Of a stretch of 64,000 nt of DNA, positions 31,063-39,700 are shown piece after piece. The notes under the pieces are model-generated. The model was not told the DNA's origin. It saw only the letters and a program-made list of their open reading frames with translations, and did no database searches. Made by a program: the position numbers and the translations under genes. The DNA is taken from positions 18,874 through 82,873 of the forward strand of contig JAFPVC010000036.1 of assembly GCA_017413085.1 (NCBI GenBank), given 5' to 3'. The first letter of the stretch is position 1. Each line of letters begins with the position of its first letter. The DNA is from Prevotella sp. Lineage in GTDB: Bacteria; Bacteroidota; Bacteroidia; Bacteroidales; Bacteroidaceae.

Positions 31063-34000
31063 TCACTTAACCCTGGTACCGCCTACATAGTATCGGCGAC
31101 CATTGTGCAATATCACAATCTGCTTGTCATCAACAAACTTGCCGTTCTTTAATGATGCGTCATTGGCATTTACATCGCTGATGCCCGTTGCCTCCTCCTC
31201 ATCGTCGAAGAAACCGCCGAAGAAGAGTTTTGCGTTAGCTGCTGCAGGACCGGTGATATATGCCGACAGGGCATTAAGTGTAGAACTGCTGCCACCCTTC
31301 ATAATCTTGGCGTTGTTTGCCACGCCGTACTTGCCATACATAGAGAAGCCCGGTGTGTAGTTGCCCGTCATTGTCCAAGAACCTACAGAAGTTGTCTTGG
31401 CGCTGGCCTTATGTACAGCCAAGTCTGAGAACGACGGTGCATTGAGTGGCTGACTGAGATATATTATGCAAGGCATGTTTGCTTCAATTTCCTGTGTATT
31501 TGTAAACAAGAGTTTCGTCGTGCCATTGCCCTCAACCACATCGCTCAAATATGCCACGTATGCTTCTGTGTCGCCGCCAGTGAACTTCTCTACTGACATG
31601 TTGAACGGCAGACAGAGCGTAGAGTAGCCGGCCTTGAAGTTGCGGTCAACGGTAACTGTGCTGTATATTCCTTCTTCATAGTCAGGCAGGGCACTTGTTG
31701 ACGACAGTGTGAGGTTGGCTGGCACAAGCTGTTTCAGTGTGATGTTGTCAAGGCACAGACCGCCATCGTCTTTACCTGTCCCGTAAGTCAGGTTGCCGAC
31801 ATATATCAGATTTTCGTTAATGGTGTATTTCTCTGAAGTGCCAGCAGCCTTGTCTGTCACGGTCATGAATGTACCGTCAGCAGAGGCATTGATGTTGACA
31901 TGATACCAGTATGGCTCCAGGTTTGCAGTGAATGTGCCAGTCTCTGTGCGATTGAGAGAGAACGAGCCTGTTGAGTTTGCTGCCGCCGTATGGGCTTGTG
32001 TTGTCACTTTCCATAAGCAGAGTTCTGTGTTGCTAGTGTCAAGTATTCTGAACTCTGCGCTTTGTGCACCAGAACTGCTGTTACCATCGGTTGGGATTAC
32101 AGCAAAGTCGAAGTCAAGAGAATATCCGCTTGCCGTAGTATAGTCATCACCTACGCTTGGCAGGGCAGAGAAGGTCAATGTGGCTCCATTCGTGCCTTTT
32201 GCGTTGAACAAGCTATAGTGACCATCTTCCAGTTCTTTCTGCTCGGAAGCATAGCGTCCTGCCGTACTTGTGCTCCAATACTCATCAATTGTGCTTGCCG
32301 TTTCAAAGTCCTGCTGATAAAGCACTTCACCGCTGTTCACAATGTTTGTTGGGTCGTTGCTTACGGTTTCACTCTCTTCAGCGAATATGATGCTGACAGA
32401 TGGGTTCTGTATGTATGCACCACCGGCTATTGTTGCGTAAGCAATGATGTTGAGTACACCGTCAGCGTCTGCAGTGAAGGCATTGGTGATGTCGAATGTA
32501 TAGGTGTCGAATGCTGTTTCCTCTGTTGCCGTACCTCCCTGAGCATCGCCCAATACGGTGATGGTCTTATCGGCGGTGTTGTATGTCATGTCGCTTGACC
32601 ATGTGCTGGTGTTGTAACCTACGCCAAATATCATGGCGCGAGTGCCGGCAATGGCTCCCGAACCATCGAAAGTGAGCAATACGTTCTTGGCATCTTTGCC
32701 CTTGTATTCAGAAAGGTCAACCTGCATATAGGTGATGAAGTTCACTCCCCATCCTGTGTTGGCAAAGCCTACGCTGTTAGAAACACTGTTGAAGCCTGTC
32801 TCTGCAGTTTCTACCTCACCATACGACACTTCAGGATCGTTATAGTTCACATACGTCATCTTGACCTGCGGTGCAGCCTCTGTTCTCGTAACCTCAGGAT
32901 ATGTCATGTGCGAGTGGTCAACGGTGAAGAACAATGTTAGGGCATCTTCGCTGCAACCTGTATAAGTTGCGGTCAGGTTGTATTCGTTGCCGGTGTTGGA
33001 TGTTATTACAGCCGTCACGTTCAGTTCGTGTGCGTTGCTGTATGTTACGGTCATGTTCACGTCGGCTTCTGCCATATCTGCAACGAATGTAGCATCGTCT
33101 GTCCAGTCTTTCGTTATCGTGACGTTGGATGCCGTGGTGCTGTGACCTGGAGCAAGTGCTACGCCGTCGGCACGGAAACTGAAGTATTCAGCATAGTCGG
33201 CGCGGTCAACGGTAGAGTGGCCTTCACCGTTCACGGCTGCAAGAATCCAGTTGTAGTTATCGTTCTTGCCACCGTAGTTGGTGAACTTGAACTCGCAGCT
33301 GTTTCCTGCCTCTAACGTGTATGACGGTGAGAACTCTGTCCAGATAGAAGAAATGTTATTCTTTGAACCGATGTATGCCTCGTTTTCAAATGTCACGTTG
33401 AGGTATATCGTGCCGTCCACATTCTCAAGTTTCTGCGCGGTGTTGCTTGCGAAACCAGTGGCGCTCTCTATGGCGATGTCGCTGATGTCGCCGCTGATGT
33501 TCTCTGCATCGCAGAGCGGATATGTGCCGACAGAGATTTTTGAATTGGCGGAGTTTACCTCAAATACCGGTGCAACGTATTCAGGACCGTATTCCCATAC
33601 CGTCTTGCGCAGGTTGAGGTTTTCTACGGTCAGCTTGTCATACTGTTCTCTTGTTTTGTTGATGTCAAACACCACCCTTGCACCTTCGTGTAGGTTGAGG
33701 GTCTTGAATGTGGCGTTCTGGTAGTCAACATTCTCAGGTGATCCACCGTTCTCTGCAGCGGTCTCGCTGATGTAGAGCCTTGAACCATACTCCATGGTCA
33801 CAGGCTGGTTGAATGTTCCTGCTGTGTAGAGAGCTGTGTGGCGGTTCATCCACAGCGGACTGTTCTGCATGGTGCCGTTGAAGGCAAGTGCACCTCCCCA
33901 TACGTCGGTGTTGCCGTTGTATGTCTGTGTTACATCAGGCAGTTTCAGCGTACCGTCACCCTGCTTCACTATGCGGGTGTTGCCGGTGAAGGCGCTGCCC

Positions 34001-36339
34001 GTGAGCGTGTGGGTATAATACTTGTAGGTGATGTCGTATTGCATGGATGTTGCCTCAGACGGTGCTGAGCCCTGTACCCATGACGGAGCGTTGTCTATAT
34101 AGATATAAGGAGAAGCACCGTTGGCTACGTTGACGGTCATGTCGTTTGTCTCACATGTAATCAGAGTGTTGTCGGTGGTGGTGATTGTTCCGCCGTTGGC
34201 AATCTCAGTACGTCCTGCCATCGTCAGTGCAGGTGGAGCGGCGGTGATGCCTTCCATCTCGCCGAGGAAGTATGACACGTGTGGAGTCTGGTTGTAACCA
34301 CACATCTGCCATACCATAGCGTTACGATACTGGTGGTCGTACCATAGTGAGTAGTTGCGCCAAGGCGTCTCAATGGTAGTGGTGTAGATGCGGATTTTGT
34401 TTGCGGCGGTGCGCATGATAAACTCCTCGCGCCAATCACCCAGAATGTCGCCCATATAGCATGGGGTGGCCTTGGTCCAGTTGTTGGTCAGCGAACCAGT
34501 CAGTTCCTTTATCTGTCCTACTCCAAATTTATATATGCCGCCCGGATGATCGTCATAGTTGGGTGAACCAGTACCGTCGAATGTCTCCTCGCAGAGGTCA
34601 CCGTCCCAGTAGCAGCGGAAGTTCTGCGACATACCGTATGTGCTGTATCCGCCAACGTGTTCGTTTGCCAGCAGGCCGATAGGATTCTCAGAGTCGCGAG
34701 AACTTGAAGCGATGGAACCAGGGATGTCATTGCTGAAGTTGCCGGCAATGGCGCGGCCGTCGTCTCTGCCAGCCACGAAACGATAATAAATCTTTGATGT
34801 AGTGAGGTCACGGTAGTTGTTGCCTGGGTTGTCCTCGTTACAGAAGAAACCCTCCTGTCCATGCACATACGGATTGAGGTCGCCGTGGTGCTGTGAGTCG
34901 CCGTGACCCAGTCCAGTGGTTGACAGTCCCATACCGTTGTCGTCGATAACCATACTACCCCATACTATTTCGTCGCGGCCATCCCAGTCCACGTCAACGA
35001 TGGCGTAGTTGTGGTAGCCCTGTCCCTTCCATGGACCGTTGGAATTGTTCATCCAGCGCCAGCGCTCAGAGAGTTTGTGAGTGTTCTTGTTCACGTCGAG
35101 AGCCACGAACTTGTGGCGTGTGTAGATACCGCGTCCCACGAATATGCTTGGATTGCGGCCGTCAAGATAAGGAGCACCATAGAAGTATTTGCTTGAGCGG
35201 TGGCCATAGCCGTCACCCCATGCAGCACTCAGGTCAGTTTCGCCGCTTTCCAGTCGGGCGCATGGGAAATCAATAATGTCGTATATTTCACCAGTTTCGC
35301 CATTGCAATATACAAGGAACTCCTTGCCATAGTGAGTGAACCATTCCACGGACCTTGCTGTTTTGTCTAACTGGAATATAGAATATTCAGTTTCATTGGT
35401 TCCGTCATTGACGGTGACAGTCGTTGTGCGACCGGTGGCATGCACACCGTCACCCTCTGTTTCGTTGGCTGTAGTCGTAGCATACAATACACCGTTCTGA
35501 ATGCTTGTGGTAACCCAGTCGTCTGCAGCTGTGGCCGTAGCATTGTTTGGAAGTCCGAAAGCCAGTGCCACAGTAGTTGCACCAGCAGCAAGGCCGCGTG
35601 GTTCACGGTAGTTTGTCCATGCAGTGCCGTTTTGTCCGTCGGCTCCTATCTGATATGTTGTGCCGTTAGACATGTGTATGGTGGAACCTTCCTCCAGTCG
35701 CATGAGCACCTCAGCCTTGCCGTCCTGGTCCCAGTCGTAACCAACGATGTTCTGTTCGTTGTTCTGGAAATCGCCCATGTTTGGACCGCAGTTCACCCAC
35801 CAGCGTACAGAACCGTCAAGGTTCATTACCTCGAAGATGGTATGCTCATTGTACCAGCCGTTCTTCTGCATGGCATTATTTACCTCACTCTGGTTGTCAT
35901 ACTTTAGGAGAATCTCCACTTGGCCGTCGCCGTCAACGTCGGCGGCGCAGGCATCGTTAGGAACAAGTGTAGAGTGAATGTCTGCAGGATGTTGTGGCGT
36001 GATTTCAAGATAGTCGTTAGCCCATACGCTCTTTGCTGCACACTGCGCCTGTTCCACGCCTTTGACTACGGCAGAAACAGTGTAGGTGCTTGATGTCGTA
36101 CCACTGGCATCTGTAAAGTTTGTCACGGTCAGCGGTTCGCTGTTTATCTTCGTGCCATTGCGATACAGGTTATACGTTACGTCGTAGTATTCCTCAGCCT
36201 GCTGACGCCAGCTTACGAATACTCCGTTGGAGACCTTGACTGCCACCAGACCACGGTCCAGTGGGTCAGTCTTTCTTTGTGCATTGGACGTGAGGGCGGT
36301 CAATGCTAAAAGAAGTAATATGAAAAGATGTTTTTTCAT
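31063..36339 (-). CDS. Rhamnogalacturonan lyase (PL11) multidomain secreted protein
   Basis: LDRGLVAV, GRGIYTR, GQGYH, DVDWDGRDEI, GLGHGD and YRNAMVWQ..GYNQ PL11 motifs; KQGDGTL beta-strand repeat; probable T9SS C-terminus. Confidence 0.9.
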   Translation of the reverse strand: MKKHLFILLLLALTALTSNAQRKTDPLDRGLVAVKVSNGVFVSWRQQAEEYYDVTYNLYRNGTKINSEPLTVTNFTDASGTTSSTYTVSAVVKGVEQAQCAAKSVWANDYLEITPQHPADIHSTLVPNDACAADVDGDGQVEILLKYDNQSEVNNAMQKNGWYNEHTIFEVMNLDGSVRWWVNCGPNMGDFQNNEQNIVGYDWDQDGKAEVLMRLEEGSTIHMSNGTTYQIGADGQNGTAWTNYREPRGLAAGATTVALAFGLPNNATATAADDWVTTSIQNGVLYATTTANETEGDGVHATGRTTTVTVNDGTNETEYSIFQLDKTARSVEWFTHYGKEFLVYCNGETGEIYDIIDFPCARLESGETDLSAAWGDGYGHRSSKYFYGAPYLDGRNPSIFVGRGIYTRHKFVALDVNKNTHKLSERWRWMNNSNGPWKGQGYHNYAIVDVDWDGRDEIVWGSMVIDDNGMGLSTTGLGHGDSQHHGDLNPYVHGQEGFFCNEDNPGNNYRDLTTSKIYYRFVAGRDDGRAIAGNFSNDIPGSIASSSRDSENPIGLLANEHVGGYSTYGMSQNFRCYWDGDLCEETFDGTGSPNYDDHPGGIYKFGVGQIKELTGSLTNNWTKATPCYMGDILGDWREEFIMRTAANKIRIYTTTIETPWRNYSLWYDHQYRNAMVWQMCGYNQTPHVSYFLGEMEGITAAPPALTMAGRTEIANGGTITTTDNTLITCETNDMTVNVANGASPYIYIDNAPSWVQGSAPSEATSMQYDITYKYYTHTLTGSAFTGNTRIVKQGDGTLKLPDVTQTYNGNTDVWGGALAFNGTMQNSPLWMNRHTALYTAGTFNQPVTMEYGSRLYISETAAENGGSPENVDYQNATFKTLNLHEGARVVFDINKTREQYDKLTVENLNLRKTVWEYGPEYVAPVFEVNSANSKISVGTYPLCDAENISGDISDIAIESATGFASNTAQKLENVDGTIYLNVTFENEAYIGSKNNISSIWTEFSPSYTLEAGNSCEFKFTNYGGKNDNYNWILAAVNGEGHSTVDRADYAEYFSFRADGVALAPGHSTTASNVTITKDWTDDATFVADMAEADVNMTVTYSNAHELNVTAVITSNTGNEYNLTATYTGCSEDALTLFFTVDHSHMTYPEVTRTEAAPQVKMTYVNYNDPEVSYGEVETAETGFNSVSNSVGFANTGWGVNFITYMQVDLSEYKGKDAKNVLLTFDGSGAIAGTRAMIFGVGYNTSTWSSDMTYNTADKTITVLGDAQGGTATEETAFDTYTFDITNAFTADADGVLNIIAYATIAGGAYIQNPSVSIIFAEESETVSNDPTNIVNSGEVLYQQDFETASTIDEYWSTSTAGRYASEQKELEDGHYSLFNAKGTNGATLTFSALPSVGDDYTTASGYSLDFDFAVIPTDGNSSSGAQSAEFRILDTSNTELCLWKVTTQAHTAAANSTGSFSLNRTETGTFTANLEPYWYHVNINASADGTFMTVTDKAAGTSEKYTINENLIYVGNLTYGTGKDDGGLCLDNITLKQLVPANLTLSSTSALPDYEEGIYSTVTVDRNFKAGYSTLCLPFNMSVEKFTGGDTEAYVAYLSDVVEGNGTTKLLFTNTQEIEANMPCIIYLSQPLNAPSFSDLAVHKASAKTTSVGSWTMTGNYTPGFSMYGKYGVANNAKIMKGGSSSTLNALSAYITGPAAANAKLFFGGFFDDEEEATGISDVNANDASLKNGKFVDDKQIVILHNGRRYYVGGTRVK

Positions 36340-36401
36340 TTCTTGAATGTTCTAATTTGAATAGATAGTTAGCTAAAATTAAAGTTTGGCGTTGAGAGAC
36401 A

Positions 36402-36554
36402 TTAGTCAAACAGTCCCTCAAACTCCTCATCGTCATCAGCATCACCAGACGTATCGTCGCCGTTGTTAGTAAGGTCACCTGAAGTCTGCAGCAACCTCAC
36501 CGGCCTCAACCTGGCAATCACCAATGCTGGAATAATGTAGTCTTTTTTCTTCAT
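36402..36554 (-). CDS. 50-aa leader/acidic-tail peptide (not in ORF track)
   Basis: Manual translation MKKKDYIIPALVIARLRPVRLLQTSGDLTNNGDDTSGDADDDEEFEGLFD*; paralog of the adjacent peptide. Confidence 0.8.
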   Translation of the reverse strand: MKKKDYIIPALVIARLRPVRLLQTSGDLTNNGDDTSGDADDDEEFEGLFD

Positions 36555-36584
36555 ACCATGCGTATTTTGAACTGTTTTTTACGC

Positions 36585-36758
36585 CTACCATGCTCCGCTG
36601 TCATCGTCTTCATCGTCAATGAATCCAGAAAACGAAGACTTTGCCGCTGCCTCTTCATTTGGGTCTCCAAAATCAACGTTGGATTCTGCAAGCAGACGGG
36701 GGATGCGTAATTTGACAAGTTTAACCCGTGGGATTATATAGTCTTTCCTATTCATCAT
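36585..36758 (-). CDS. 57-aa leader/acidic-tail peptide (not in ORF track)
   Basis: Manual translation MMNRKDYIIPRVKLVKLRIPRLLAESNVDFGDPNEEAAAKSSFSGFIDDEDDDSGAW*; ATGA overlap with the PL1-CE8 stop. Confidence 0.8.
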   Translation of the reverse strand: MMNRKDYIIPRVKLVKLRIPRLLAESNVDFGDPNEEAAAKSSFSGFIDDEDDDSGAW

Positions 36759-39700
36759 ATAATGATTTTCTTGTTGTTTCTTACATATATACCAGGCTTC
36801 GATGCTCGTGTCACACGAACACCATTGAGATTGTATATTTCGTCAGAGTTTCCTCTGCCAGCCTTTACATTGTTCACACCCGTTACTACATCTTCATCGA
36901 TTATGAATGTACCAATGCTTGTCGGTTTAGCTCCTGCACTTTGAAAGTTGTCACCTGCAATCGTGAGATACCATCGGTTAGCCTTGATAGTGGCAGAGCC
37001 AGTTGTACGATAACTCAGTTTTCCATTTGTAGCCATGTAATAATAGCCATTCTCTGGAGTAGCCGCAACAGCCGTATTCACACCAGTAACGGTGTAGGTC
37101 GCTTTAGATGTGCTAAAACTCACATAGCCAGCCTCAGCCGCACGGAGCGTAGCATTATCAGCAGTTATGGTCAGTGTACCGGCACTGTTCGCACGTATCA
37201 AATATGGCACATTAGCCACTGTCTGTCCAGTGGTCTTGCGGCGCAGCACAAGCGTTACATCATCATCCTCCGTTACCTGACCATCATTGTTTGTATCGCT
37301 CACCGGACAGAAATTATATATCTCTGCCAAGTCAAACTGACTTGTATAATCACTGACTTCAAATGAGAACGGCAGATAGAGAGCAGTCCATTTGCCAGCC
37401 AACGTTGAAGATATGCTCTTGGTGTATGTTATCACGTCGTAATCAACATCCACGTCCTGCGTGTAGTCGTCCCCATCAACGAGACTAATGACTGACACTG
37501 TGTAGGCAACAGCATTGGAAGTCGCTCCCAATCCGCCCATAATATTGGCGGCACGCACAGTGTAAGTGCCTTTTTCTGTCAATGCAAGCGAATTGGTCGT
37601 TGGATTGGCATAATATACACCATCCTTAAATACCACCCACGATGAAGCATAGTCGTCTGCCGTCCATGAGAGAGTTGAGCCTGAGAGCGTCAACACTGGA
37701 GCGTCACACTGTTCCGTGTACTCTGTAGGATCCCAACCGTCGGTAGAGCCCATCACGCGAGAGCGACTGTAATACGCTGCCTCTGATGCAGTGAGCACAG
37801 GGGTGTTGGTGTATGACGTGTTGAACGTGGTTTTGCGACCAGACAAACTGATGGCATTATTATTCGCATCAACAGAATTGTATTCTGCAAAACGCTTTGG
37901 CCATCCACCAGACATCTCACTCCATCCAATTGATGAAGGTTTTGCCTCCATTGTAGTGTTTATCCACAGGGCTACCGGAGTACCCTGTCCCCATGGACGG
38001 CCAAGGGTGTAGTTACCGTCAACAGTACCACTGACCGCAGTAGAACTTTCTGCCACGATGCGACAATTGTTCATCACCCATCCATATTCCTTTGGTGTGG
38101 AAGGCACGGCAAGATAACCGCCATAAATCTGTGCAAAGGTCACTCCCTCATACCAGATGTCGGCCTTGCCGCAGATGTAGTCAGTGCGACCGCGTATTAC
38201 ACCACCCTCAAAGTAAGAGCGACCGCTACCTTTGTTGTTAGTGTATGTATCCTGATAGCCATACAGGTATGTATTCTTGAATATCGTAAAGTTTCCTTTG
38301 TCTTGTACTGCTATGTCACGGCCACGGCCGTCGCCCATCGCAGAAGCAATCTTGATGTCCTGGAAATAGGTGTTGTTACCTGACAACTGCAACACGTCAC
38401 CGTTTCCGATGCCTTCTGCTATACAGGTCGTACCATATTTGCCCTCGTATGTTCCTGGAGGCGTGTTGGTGATGGTGGTCGTTGAATTGTCAAGACCTAC
38501 GATTGACACATTGTGAGCAGTCAAATAGGTTATGATGTCATAATAAGATGCATTTGAACTGCTGTTGTCGCTATATGTAAGTGTCACTTCTTTCTGCGTA
38601 GTTGTAGATGCAGGCATGGTGAACGTACCAGGCAATACGAGTATGCGGTAACGCTCTGCACTTGTTGAGGTGTTTGTCGCATTTGCTGTACTGATAGCAG
38701 CCGACAGTTCACTTACATTTGAAACCACAGCATCATATCCTTTCTTCGTTGCAGTGGCGCGTGCCGCAGTCGTAAGCGTCAGGTTCGTAGCATTGCCATA
38801 CGTCTGGCCATACGCATCCGTTACGGTATTGGCTGCAAGAGCGAAGTTGTATGAAGTGTCGTAGTCGAGATTTGAATAAGCAAACGACAAAACATTGCCA
38901 TCAACAAATCCTGTGAGTGTAGTTGTGCCAAGCGTAGCCGTTGGCGTAATGCTTGTGCTCAGTGGATTGTTGTATGTCAGTTTAATAAGTCCGTTGCGAC
39001 TGCTGGATTTCTCCGATGATGACAGTGTGATAGGCTGCACCTCATACGAATATCCAAATGTTATTGTCGTGTTAAGCTGTGAGCATGATGTCTGATTATA
39101 GGTAACAGTAATCTTACTCTTTGCATTCAAGTTAGATACAGAGAACGAGTTTATCGACTTGTCTGATGGGAATGTCACATTGTTTGCAAGCAGATTAGTG
39201 CTGCCGCCATCTACATACACACCTGTCACCACAACATCGTAAGCATAGTTCGTTGCTCCAGTCAGTGTCATGGAGTTGATGGTGTAGTTCTCGTTTACGT
39301 TGATATCAAAACTCGTTGATTGCGTGCGCAACTTGAATGCCTGGCTGCTGTTGCCCTGTCCACCATTCAGGTTGCTTGCTATTGAGTAGGAATAGCCAGT
39401 GATAGCCACACCGCTTGACGACTGTGTAGGAGTAGTTTCTGTACCGTCAATGGTTGTAGTCTCTGACGAACCGCCACCTGACGAGGTAGTAGTCCGCGTT
39501 ATCGCAACAGAAGTTATGCTTGTTGGGTCGCCAGAAGTACCTGTCTTATATATATATAATGTATTTTTATTAACAAGTGCGGCTGATTCAGTACCTGTTA
39601 TCGTATATGGTGTTGTCACAGTTATTGCTCCACTGTTGGAATTGGTGCTTGCAAGTTTCCATGCACCTGCTGTTGATATGCTGATTACATCACCTGCTTT

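Noticed and set aside
36266-36478. 70-aa minus-strand ORF from the track
   Set aside because: Out-of-frame overlap with the PL11 start and with the better-supported 50-aa peptide at 36402-36554
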